In this document: positions 15,901-26,376 of the stretch, piece by piece | Numbering within the stretch: the stretch's first letter is position 1 | Layout: every line of letters starts with the position of its first letter | Program-made: the position numbers and the translations under genes | Notes under the pieces: model-generated | Seen by the model: the letters and a program-made list of their open reading frames with translations, nothing else | Databases searched by the model: none | What the model was told of the DNA's origin: nothing | NCBI GenBank assembly: GCA_964247055.1 | Contig: OZ176050.1 | Location: 8,742,001 to 8,806,000, forward strand | Direction of reading: 5' to 3' | Length of the DNA: 64,000 bases | From: Paragordius varius | Lineage: Eukaryota > Animalia > Nematomorpha

Positions 15901-18900
15901 AACGTTGATATTGATCAATGGGTCCATCTAAATTGTGCATTATGGTCAAACCATGTGTATGAAACAGTCGGAGGCGCTTTAATGAACGTACATTTAGCTC
16001 TTTGTGAGGTAAAAGATGTTTAAATTATTTTTTTTATCTTTTGAAGATTAGTTTTATGTTTACTATTATGATCAATTTTATGATTATTTCAGGCTATTCA
16101 AACACTATGTAATCATTGCAATAAAATGGGCGCTAGCTGTTTGTGCAATGCAGATGATTGTGAAAAATGCTATCATTTCCCATGTGCCATAGATGCAAAT
16201 TGTACATTTTATGCAGATAAAGTGAATACTTTTATTCATTTTTACGCTTTGATCAATGATTTAAAATATTTTTTGGGATTTTTTGTTTTTTTATTCTATA
16301 ACTTTAATATTATGTTGGAAAGACAATAATAACCAATTTTTTTGCGAAATAATTGTTTGTTTCTAAACAACAGGCCCCTATAATTGTTTTTGAGGGCAAA
16401 GTTTTTTTTTGAATCAATCACCTTTGACTTTTATTATTTATGTATGAAAAAAAGTTACACATCAAAATAATTATTTACAATCAATTATGTTTTATTATTA
16501 ACACATTACATTCTAAAATCAGACAATACTATGCCCTGATCACACCAAAACGCCTTTGAAAGTAAACGATGGGTCTGACGAGGACGCCGAAGATAACGAA
16601 CCTATTACCATGTTTGCATGTAACCGTCGTGTATACATTGATCGAGAATTATCCCTTGTCATTTCAAAGTTTTTTATTATACTCTAGCATAAAAAATATA
16701 AAATATATTAAATGCTATTTGCTAAAAAATGAATTTTTTTTCGAATATATTGATAACCCTTTTTTAAACATAGAATGTTTTGTGTTTATATATATAACAG
16801 GTGATTAAGTCAAATATTAAGGGTGTTTAAAAAAATTAATCGTAAAAGCATTTATCGTATTTTTTAAATTTGCCAAATATTTATTGAATTTAAGGATTGT
16901 AGTTTATAAAGCTAAAACTATATTGTAAAAAGCTGTGCATTTAGTTTATAATTTTACCTTAAAAACAGAGTGCTCCAAGATGTTTCGGGAGACGTTACTA
17001 TGCGAATCGGAACGTTGGTTTATGTGTCTATAGGATATTGGCTACCAGAACATATACTTAATTTCCACAATCTAGATTACATTTATCCAGTAAGCTAAAA
17101 ATAAATTTTTATTGTGCTCATATTCATAAGTTTTTTTTAGCTTTTAATGTCGCAAATATTAAGCATCATAATATATTTTAACAAAACTGCAAATTTATAA
17201 ATTTAACATTTATAACAGGCAAATTATAAAGTTATTCGATACTTTTGGGATTATGAGGAAACAAAGAAAACTTTTGATTTAAACACCCATGAAAAAAACG
17301 ATTCCAAAATTCTTAAGCGAAGGGCGTTTGAATGTTCCGTTAATGAAAAACGTCCCATGGTATTCGACCAAAGCATACAAAATTATAAGCCTGAGTTTAG
17401 AGTCCAACCATTGGATTTATTCTGGGATGAATTGGGGGCCAAAATTATCCATAAACCTGTATCGGAATTTAGTACAACATTTTATTATGGAAAAACTCCC
17501 AAAGGTTTGCACAATTTTTTATCTATTTGTTGTATGTAGATTTGTCATAATATATTTATACTGATATTGACGCTAAAATTTTTGGGATGTCATTAAGCTT
17601 TTCAAACTGTGGCTTACCATTTTAATTACAACCGATTCAAATAAAAAAAGGATATCAAGCGTTCAATCATTCCACATTTAAGATTTTAGATGCCGTGTAA
17701 TTTTAACTTATATATATTTCAATTAATACCTGACCTAATTAATTATCTATTTTATTCTATCCATAGGTGATATAATATTTATAAAAAAATATTTTATCAT
17801 ACATTTTCACAATAGAATCATGGTGTCATATACTAAATTGCATAACTCGAACCCGTAAGTTATGTAATACATATCGCTTTACGCGGTATTTTATTGAACG
17901 ACAAAATAATAAAAATGTTAGCAATATTGAAGATGCATCAAATATCCTAGCTAATAAAGTGACAACTTTCAAGTATTTCCAATCGTTCGTTATGTCTGAT
18001 GCCCTTGTCCGACTAATTAATCGTGCAGTGAGGGGTGAAGATCTTTTTGGACTTACTGAAGCCCCTATTATCAGGGCTCTGGAATCACTGCCCTTGCTTG
18101 AAGTGGCTGCCAATAATAGAATGGCTTATCCATCCCCCATACGATATAGATTTAAGTATGGCCGAGCTCAAATATGTAGTATGGGGCCAATGTTGAATCC
18201 CACCGGATCCGCACGGTCGGAACCATCGCTAAAGACCTATTTTAGGAGGTATATGATTTGTTAGTTGATTCATCTAACTTATATTTTATACTATCAAAAA
18301 AAAGAGAATTTTTCGCAACGGTTTACTAATTGACTGCGATCATTTATAAAATGACCAGTTAAAATGTAATTAATTGTTACTTTTAGTTTTCAATTTTTAT
18401 GTGAGTATTGATATTATGTTAACGCGATCGATAAAAAGCAAAATTGGTTGATCCCTTCTAAATGGTATATTATTAGCGTGTCGTTATGACTATGATTGAC
18501 TACATTCTTAAGCAATAAGACCGGTTTTTACCAGGCTTTAACCCAATAATATTAATTCTTACATTATATAACCTATTTAGGCCATATATCATGATGGATA
18601 TTCCGAGAGAACCAGCACCTTTAACATTAAATTTTCAATCCTCTGGGGGTGTAGGAGCGCTTATCAATGATGACAATTTGTTTTTGTCACCTTCTCAACC
18701 ACTTAATAATAATAATGGCAGTGGTAGTTTAATTCCATTTAATAATACGAACGCCAATAACTCCAATAATTTCTTGACAAACTCTACAAACATGATGTCA
18801 TGCTCTACCAATAACTTTTATAAGGAACCAATATCTGGCAATTTTTTTTCGTCCCCATCCCAAACAAGCCAAGTTTCATCCAGCAATAATAATAGTAGTA

Positions 18901-19920
18901 ATAACAATAAAACGGCACAATATAGACGTATGAAATCTGAATGTAAACGGAACGTTATTTTGGGTCGTTCTCGTATTCAGGTAGTAATATAGTCATAAAT
19001 ATTTGCTTGCCCATCTTGAAAACAGAGATGTCCAATAATTCGCGGGCCGCATTGCAATCTTTAGTTTCATTTAAAATACGATGATGATTAATGAAATTAT
19101 AACCGAATAAGCCAAAAATTTTTTACTTTTGCTAGCCAAACACACCCTGGCTTATATTAAATAATTTAACGTTTAACATTAATTTCATTTCTGATAACTG
19201 ATGATAAAAATCAAATCATGCTTCATTCGTTTGCTTTAGGGTTTGGGGCTTTTTGCTTCACGAGATTTTGACCGGGATCAAATGATTATTGAGTATGTGG
19301 GGGAAATGATACGTTCAGAACTTGCTAATGTTCGTGAAATGCGTTATGGGACACACAGTACTTATTTTTTCCGGCTTGATGATACTTGGGTCTTGGATGC
19401 TGCCGCATCTGGTGGCGTAGCTCGATATATTAACCATTCATGTGATCCCAATTGTCGAGCCCAAACGGTATTTAAATTTTAGCATTTTTTTATTCATTAC
19501 ATAAATTGCGAAAAAAAGAATAATCTAGAAGTAAATATATCTATATTGAAAAAATTGTATTATCAGTCAATATCATTGCCTTATTTGTATTTTTTTAGAT
19601 TACAATATTCGTGAATCCAAATACTAGCAATGATGTTACGCCCATTGTAAATACCAATGCAAATACGGATGCTACAAATAAAACGACTAAAAAGATTGTT
19701 ATTGTAGCGAATCGTAAGATTCAACGTGGAGAAGAAGTATATAATTTTTAATTAAATTTTGTGTTTTGAATAGTAAAATTAATGATAAAATATCATTTAA
19801 ATTAATATTTATTTTACCTATTTCTAGCTTTGCTATGATTACAAATTTGATTATGAGGGTGAAAATAGTAAAATTCCTTGTATGTGTGGCGCCCAAAACT
19901 GCAAAAAATGGATGAATTGA
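1..19920 (+). CDS. KMT2C/D (trr): KMT2C/D-family (MLL3/4, trithorax-related) histone H3K4 methyltransferase, 5' end upstream of window; 45 exons, ~3,230 aa in window
   Basis: Hand-spliced GT-AG exons: <1-50,138-235,337-433,506-542,788-1053,1439-1600,1851-2017,2145-2736,3396-3708,3950-4305,4523-4636,4768-4845,4955-5082,5636-5792,6230-6347,6743-6936,7294-7908,8030-8448,8699-8781,9141-9349,9705-9818,9920-9984,10247-11045,11577-11789,12056-12142,12198-12479,12554-12641,12716-12827,12934-13094,13176-13474,13558-13681,13940-14295,14424-14516,14593-15021,15261-15399,15894-16008,16093-16221,16523-16668,16969-17089,17219-17504,17816-18248,18581-18980,19240-19467,19599-19736,19828-19920. Phases are compatible throughout and the frame is open to TGA at 19918-19920. 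Domain order is HMG box, low-complexity region, ePHD, FYRN, FYRC, WIN, SET, post-SET. Boundaries in the low-complexity middle (e.g. 9920, 12479, 15021) are less certain. Confidence 0.95.
1439..2017 (+). other. HMG box of KMT2C/D (exons 6-7)
   Basis: RWKKDEALGTLATISPVLYANLKYPELQTEYP|DMLERSKQMAKIWRNMPAEERIPYLQKARENRA matches the MLL3/4 'DEALG..ATISPVLYAN..P.L...YP...R.KQI.K.WR...YLQKA..NR' signature. Confidence 0.93.
4955..5700 (+). other. Conserved MLL3/4 basic helical motif (exons 13-14)
   Basis: YKKWL...LAADISK|MRKRKKSLASKQRQIKK resembles the KMT2C 'YEEWL...HRKSKKALSAKQRTAKK' motif. The following coiled coil (LQKRIETLRKELKQH) is encoded near 7450-7500. Confidence 0.7.
8844..9087 (+). repeat. 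Intronic tandem duplication, 2 x ~130 bp
   Basis: tttttgtaattatc...ttcagatatttgtatttgggatgcaa...ttgcaataattacaaaat occurs twice in KMT2C/D intron 19. Confidence 0.9.
10202..10232. repeat. (AT)n microsatellite
   Basis: Pure AT dinucleotide run ending ~14 nt before the acceptor at 10246. Confidence 0.95.
11050..11145 (+). repeat. Intronic tandem duplication, 2 x ~48 bp
   Basis: tttttacaagtgttcttagccgctaaaatttggaaagttttaaagaa is followed by a near-identical copy, starting 4 nt after the exon 23 donor. Confidence 0.9.
12858..12924. repeat. Interrupted (AT)n microsatellite
   Basis: AT run filling most of the 106-nt intron 28. Confidence 0.9.
15261..16560 (+). other. Extended PHD finger (ePHD) of KMT2C/D
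   Basis: DRRICSLCSRLGDGDPNNVSR|LLNVDIDQWVHLNCALWSNHVYETVGGALMNV...CNHCNKMGASCLCNADDCEKCYHFPCAIDANCTFYADK|TILCPDH. Confidence 0.95.
16969..18248 (+). other. FYRN-FYRC domains and WDR5-interacting (WIN) motif
   Basis: RIGTLVYVSIGYWLPEH...YP|ANYKVIRYFW (FYRN); GKTPK|ESWCHIL...GEDLFGLTEAPIIRALESLP...YRFKYGR (FYRC); NPTGSARSEP (WIN). Confidence 0.93.
19023..19149 (+). mobile_element. Degenerate hAT-type MITE in KMT2C/D intron 42
   Basis: Starts cagagatgtccaa...cgcgggccgcatt and ends aaacacaccctg. It shares the gcgggccgcatt motif with the copies at 43595 and 60618. No clean TSD. Confidence 0.55.
19240..19920 (+). other. SET and post-SET catalytic domain
   Basis: GLGLFA...IIEYVGEMIR...YFFRLD...GGVARYINHSCDPNC...KIQRGEE|LCYDYKFD...KIPCMCGAQNCKKWMN*. 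The NHSC, YDY and post-SET CxCx4C motifs are intact. Confidence 0.97.
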
Positions 19921-20100
19921 TTTAGCCAAATTCTATGCTTTGCAATATTCCTTATCATTCATCATATTTATATCACAATGTTTATATATTGTATTTATAT
20001 GTATAAATTTATAAATATTTTCTATATTTCTTTAAATTATTTTATGTAGTTTTTAACATAAAGACATAATTATTATTTATTTGTTGTATGATATAAATAT

Positions 20101-20206
20101 AATAAATTAGCAGTACAAAATCAGTCAATATTGTTTGCCGTTACCTAACCATTAAGGGAGGCTTTATCTTAATATTTTTCTCGTCTACAAGATAGAGAGA
20201 AATAAA
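20101..20206 (+). terminator. Candidate polyadenylation signals of KMT2C/D
   Basis: AATAAA at 20101 and 20201, downstream of the stop at 19920 and upstream of the Helitron palindrome. In AT-rich DNA this is weak evidence. Confidence 0.35.
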
Positions 20207-20289
20207 AATACCCACAATATCATTTTAATTGGTCTTAATAATGTTGAAGCTCATAAAAAGTTCAATAACTTTATTTTTATATATGATAA

Positions 20290-21011
20290 CTAGCGTGAAT
20301 CTCGTGCTGCTACGCAGCCCGAGGAAGTCCTTCGGACTTCTGGGGGGGGGGTTCGAAGTTTGGATTTGAATGGGTCTACCGGTTTTCCTGTACCAGATCA
20401 CAAAGCCAGCATTTTCCATTTTTATAAATATATAGATGAGGATAAATAATGTATTAATATCCATATATCTTTTAACATGCTATGCATATGATAGATACTC
20501 CTTACTCAGCATCTATCATCAAAGAAACGCTTGACTAAAATTTTTGCCTTTTAACAGGGAATACGTGGAATCTTTATTAAATTTTTACGGTCTCATACCT
20601 AGGGCGAAAAATCGATTTAAAAAATTATTTTTGTGGACTTTGTTTTTTGAAAAAAATGGCATTTTACGGGGGGAGCGGGTAAAAAGAGGGCCTAAATCAA
20701 AAAAGTGACTCGACTATGTTCGGCGCAATCGAAAAAAAGTAAACAAAAATCATATTTGAAATTGAATGGTCCAACACGTTCTCCAGAAAATTGTCTCAAA
20801 AACACCATTTTGTGGACTGGTGTTTTCAAAAAAAACCCGTTTTTCATACGGGGTGGGCCCGAACTGGGGGCCTATTTCAAAAAAAGGGCGAAGTATTGTC
20901 GGGACATTTATTAATGATTATATTTTTTCGATATTTGGATTTGATTGGGTCTACCGGTTTTCCTGTACCAGATCACAAAGCCAGCATTTTCCATTTTTAT
21001 AAATATATAGA
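20290..21011 (-). mobile_element. Non-autonomous Helitron-like element, compound (two 5' ends, one 3' end)
   Basis: On the - strand: A|TCTATATATTTATAAAAATGG 5' termini at 21011 and 20436. The 3' terminus is hairpin CTCGGGCTGC-GTA-GCAGCACGAG + 7 nt + CTAG|T at 20290. This fits the A/T insertion, TC...CTRR rule with no TSD. Confidence 0.8.
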
Positions 21012-21248
21012 TTATCATATTTCTTAAAAATTCACTTATTTACCAAAAAAAGGGATGGCATAAGATACTCTAAATTTGCATTTTGGTTTTGAAACAAATA
21101 TATCTATTTTATTTTCGTAAGTCTTGGAATTTATGAGAACACATATACTTTGACAAGATTTTTTATGGTTAAATCTGTAGTGCATCAGTGGAGCATTTCA
21201 TATGTTTGACGCAAAAAACTATCATATTTTAATATGTATGCATTATAA

Positions 21249-23124
21249 TCTATATATTTATAAAAATGGAAAATGCTGGCTTTGTGATCTGGTAGAGGAA
21301 AACCGGTAGACCCATTCAAATCCAAACTTCGAAAAAATATAATCATTAATGAATGCTCCGACATTAGCTTCGCCCTTTTGAAATAGGCCCCCAGTTCGGG
21401 CCCACCCCGTGTGAAAAACGGTTTTTTTTTGAAAACAGAAGTCCACAAAAATCGTGTTTTTGAGACAATTTTCTGGAGAACGTGTTGGACCATTCAATTT
21501 TAAATATGATTTTTGTTTACTTATTTTCGATTGCGCCGAACATAGTCGAATCACTATTTTGATTTAGGCCCTCTTTTTACCCGCTACCCCCGTAAAATGC
21601 CATTTTTTTCAAAAAACAAAGTCCACAAAAATAATTTTTTAAATCTATTTTTCGCCCTAGGTATGAGACCGTAAAAATTCAATATGGATTCCACGTATTC
21701 CTTGTTAAAAGGCAAAAATTTTAGTCAAGCGTTTCTTTGTTGATAGCTGCTGGGTAAGGAGCTACCCGCTAAAAACTGATTCCTCATGTAACTTTGTGAT
21801 CTGTTTCCGGAAAACCGGTAGACCCATTCAAATCCAATATCGAAAAAATATAATCGTTAATAAATGCCCCGACAATAGCTTCGTCCTTTTTTTGAATTAG
21901 GCCCCCAGTTCGGGCCCACCCCGTGTGAAAAACGGGTTTTTTTGAAAACAGAAGTCCACAAAAATCGTGTCTTTGAGACAATTTTCCGGAGAACGTGTTG
22001 GACCATTCAATTTCAAATATAATTTTTGTTTACTTATTTTCGATTGCGCCGAACATAGTCGTCTCGCTTTTTTAACTTAGGCCCTCTTTTAACCCGCTCC
22101 CCCCGTAAAATGCCACCTTTTTCAAAAAACAAAGTCCACAAAAATATTTTTTAATCGATTTTTTGCCTAAGGTATGAGACCGTAAAAATTCAATATGGAT
22201 TCCACGTATATGTTAAACGGCAAAAATTTTAGTCCACCGTTTCTTTGATGATAGCTGCTGGGTAAGAAGCTACCCGCTAAAAACTGATTCCTCATGTAAC
22301 TTTGTGATCTGTTTCCGGAAAACTGGTGAACCCATTCAAATCCAAACATCGAAAAAATATAATCATTAATAAATGTCCCGACAATAGCTTCGCCCTTTTT
22401 TTGAAATAGGCCCCCAGTTCGGGCCCACCCCGTGTAAAAAATGGGTTCTGCTGAGTAAGGATTATCTACCATATGTATAGGATGTTAAAAAATATATGGA
22501 TAATAAAACATTATTTATGGTAATCTATATATTTATAAAAATGGAAAATGCTGGCTTTGTGATCTGGTACAGGAAAACCGGTAGACCCATTCAAATCCAA
22601 ATATCGAAAAAATATAATCATTAATGAATGCCCCGACAATAGCTTCGTCCTTTTTTTAAATTAGGCCCCCAGTTCGGGCCCACCCCGTGTGAAAAACGGG
22701 ATTTTTTTGAAAACAGAAGTCCACAAAAATCGTGTCTTTGAGACATTCCGGAGAACGTGTTGGACCATTCGATTTCAAATATGATTTTTGTTTACCTATT
22801 TTCGATTTCGCCGAACATAGTCGTCTCGCTTTTTTAACTTAAGCCCTCTTTTTACCCGCTCCTCCCGTAAAATGCCACCTTTTTCAAAAAACAAAGTCCA
22901 CAAAAATAATTTTTAAAATCAATTTTTCCCCCAAGTAAACAATAAATTAGTATGAATGCACCTTTTTAAAATTCCTATGAGATCATAGCTATTAAGTAAT
23001 GTTTCGAAATAATCCACATATGTGGATCCTTTTATTGTCCCTTTTTTCAAATACCCCCCCCCCCCCGCCCCCAGAAGTCCGAAGGACTTCCTCGGGCTGC
23101 GTAGCAGCACGAGATTTACGCTAG
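21249..23124 (+). mobile_element. Non-autonomous Helitron-like element, compound with internal ~508-bp tandem repeats
   Basis: A|TCTATATATTTATAAAAATGG at 21249 and 22524; hairpin at 23091-23113 then atttacg-CTAG|T at 23121-23125. The body is repeated 3-4 times (e.g. gatagctgctgggtaag at ~21742 and ~22250). No Rep/helicase ORF. Confidence 0.8.
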
Positions 23125-26100
23125 TATTCATATAAAATTATTCATCAACCCGGTATCCACAATTTTAAAGCCATTTGATCATAATTTTTTTATATTAAAG
23201 TTAAAATATTAGAAGATCAATGGGTAAATTCTCTAATTTTTGTGTGGTAGGTTCTTCCGATCAAGTCATTTAATATTTAAAATTAATAGGCTAAATATAA
23301 AACTTTCGTTCTGGGACCTTTTAGGCATATTATTTAAAAAAATGTAATATTATAAAAAGATTTTGACCGCATTGGAAATATTTTTGACAATCTCATGCAT
23401 TTAATACTCAAATTTTTGTTAATTATTGATAAAGCTTTTTATTAATTAGATTTCAAAGCCATAAATTATTGTATAGAACTTACAAAACTGTGAAATATAA
23501 TAAATATAATGTTTAATAGATATATGTTATCAAAATATAACTTTCATAATAATATTTTTTTATGTACATTACCCATTGGAACAAATATCCATGATATATT
23601 CTTGCATAAATTAACATTGAGAGCTATCTCTCAATGGACAGTTATTTATAATAGATTAAATTGAAAAATATGGAATTATTACTTGTGCCTGATTAAAGGT
23701 CTCGACGATTTCGATACAATTTCTGGAATAAAAACAAAAAACTGTAGATCAGGGTCTATGCACTAGTTTGGAGGCTTATTTTAAATAGGATAACGCTTTC
23801 ATCGATTAGAAAACAGAAACCTAACCCCGTTTTTTAGGACATAAAAACTGGGGTAGACAAAAAATGGCTGGATCGCCCTTGAGGTATAAACGAATAATAT
23901 GTTTTTACATTTTAAATCGAATGCATCTACTTTTGTGGAAAATTACTTTATACAATGGCTTTTATAAAAAAATCTATTATAGACGAACTGGCCTAGACGC
24001 TTTCCGGAGAAATGCTTCACATTTGTTATAGGGGGATGGAGAGTGATAAAGAAATTAACTCAAAAAAATATCGCAAATACCTCCGACGCATAGGTACGAT
24101 AATAAAAAAATCCATAATTAAATTTGAATCGGCTACACGTACCGAACACAGTCCAAACAAATATCCTGATAAAATATATATATTTTGATTGGACAATGTA
24201 TCAGGATATGATGATGATTTTGGTTTTGGCCGTTACCGGTTATTTTATAAAGTTAATTACACTTGTGGTAAGCGCTCCATATTAGAAAATAGCATGCGCC
24301 CATTATATTAAATAAAAATTTTTGATGTAAATTAATTGCCTTATTCCAAGAAGTATCACAAAATATATCAAAAGATATAAAGCCAAACAATATTTTTTAA
24401 TTTCATTTTTAGATGCTCTAAAAGTCCGAAATTTTATCATTTTTCTAAAATGGGTTTCATTTAAAAAAACGGAAAACTGCTGAGAGCGTGAGATAAAATT
24501 TTGATATATATGCTAAATTTGGAAAGGAACTAATATTAAAAAAATACATGCTTTTTTCAAAAATTAAATATTCATAATATAAAACGACTTAATCTATATA
24601 ATTCGATGATAAATTCTATCACATCAAAATTGTGATTAAAATATTCGATTGTCTTCAAATTTACCTTAAAAATAAATTTTTTCTAAAAATTTACCAATTG
24701 AAAACAATCGAATTAACACTTCGATTCAAATTGGAGTATCTAAATACCCCAGACAAATTTTAAATTAGTATTTTTAAAAAACTACTGAGGGAAACGGTCC
24801 CAATTTAAATTTATGCTTCTATCCTAATAAAAATTATATAAATATGCAAAAATATCTTGATAAAAATTTTGTTTTGAAAAATGAGCTTTATGTCAAATTA
24901 CTTTGACGCCATTTTTATTTTACAAAATTTTTGCAAAATGTCGTCTTTATTTAATTCTAAGGGTAAAATTAAAGCTACTTTTTATTTAAATTACATCTAA
25001 TATTGATAGAAATAGAAAAAGCGGTTTATTCCGTAGTATTTTTTCAATTATACCATTCCATACATGTCACGTTGACGAAATTTTTACCTTTCGGTTTTAG
25101 CTTAAAATAAGTAATATCAAGTATTTTTGAATAAATTTTTTTATATATTTCGGTTTATTAATGTTTTATAAGTGAAAATTTTGCCATGGTTTCGATTCCT
25201 TCCATACTTTTCAAAGTATTTGATTTTAAGCAGGCCTAAGGTATCCAACTACCCCAATTTAAATCGAAGGACGAAAATGAGTGTGTTGTATCCAAGTGTT
25301 AAAAAAAGTTTGAAGCAATAGAAATATTAATTATAAGAAAAAGAGTTTTTATATTAATTAAAGCGCAATTATACCCTTTCCATTATGCCAAGTATGAAGT
25401 AGGCCAACAAAATTTTGGTAAAAAATAATTTTTTGATAAAATGGTGCTTTTTTTGAAAAAAATCCTTGATATCAAAATTTAGCATACATTTAAAAATTTT
25501 ATCGTACAAGCATGGCATTTTTGGCATATTTTAAGAGAACAAGCCTCCATCTAAAAGAGTACAAAAATTGAACTTTCGGAGCCCTTATCTAAAAATTGAA
25601 ATCTTATAAAATAATTTTTTGCTTTTTTATTTTAATTTTACAAAAATTACTTTTATTTTTTGGACTGGAGCATTCACTAAATTTTTTTAACAAAATATGT
25701 GCTATACCAGAAAAGCCTAAATAACTTCCTTAAATCAATTGTAAGGGCAAATATTAAACGTATGATAACCCACTACATTTTACTAGCACATATATTTACA
25801 TATATATAAATATATAAATATCATCCGGATATTAACCCCCAATTTTGGACGCAGTGCAATTGTTTCAAACCTCTATTTGTAGAAAAACATTTTCAAAGGG
25901 ATGAATGTAAACAAAGCGGTTAAAAAACTTTTCATCCGACCTTGATATTTACAAAAAATTCTTTTAAATCGACCTTTAAGTTTTCCGGAATATTGCTCAA
26001 CTACTGTATGCTGAAACCCCGATTTTAAGGAAATGGGGATGATCTGTGGGGCTTATCTTAACGACACTTCATACTCGGTTCAAATTTAAATGAACAAATT

Positions 26101-26376
26101 CTACTCTGAACAGTACACGTTTTCCAGAAAATTACTTTAAATCCAATGTTTTTTAAAACCCTATTTCCACGAGAATTGGAGCAAAACGCATGGGCTAATT
26201 CAAAAACTGTTTTCGGGGCATTTATGATTTAAATTTTACTAGTTTAATGTATGTTTAAGGTTTTCCCAAAATTGTCCTACGCATTAACAGTTTTATATAT
26301 ATATGATAAGGATCACATTAGTTTTTATTTTTATTAAAACATATGTCGTAGTTCATTTATTGGATTCGGTTTAACA

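Noticed and set aside
19081-19194. ATGATGA...CTGA as an intronic C/D-box snoRNA
   Set aside because: Overlaps a degenerate MITE; no terminal stem or recognisable rRNA antisense guide.
3068-19929. Minus-strand ORFs (3068, 4620, 7403, 11650, 17826, 19699) and out-of-frame plus ORFs (11586, 17289)
   Set aside because: Antisense or alternate-frame shadows of KMT2C/D exons, or AT-rich intron read-through.
20225-23131. ORF-track proteins such as MVQHVLQKIVSK..., MTRLCSAQSKK... and MNTSVNLVLLRSPRK...
   Set aside because: They recur because they are translations of the Helitron tandem units; frames are broken differently in each copy and there are no Rep/helicase motifs.
24152-24209. atatcctgata / tatcaggatat hairpin as a pre-miRNA
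   Set aside because: Only an 11-bp stem with a large branched loop.
25186-25205. ggtttcgattcc T-loop-like motif (also at ~28145)
   Set aside because: No acceptor, D or anticodon stems; not a tRNA.
25810-25850. KYHPDINP, resembling the DnaJ HPD motif
   Set aside because: In-frame stop five codons upstream, no acceptor, and no J-domain helices on either side.
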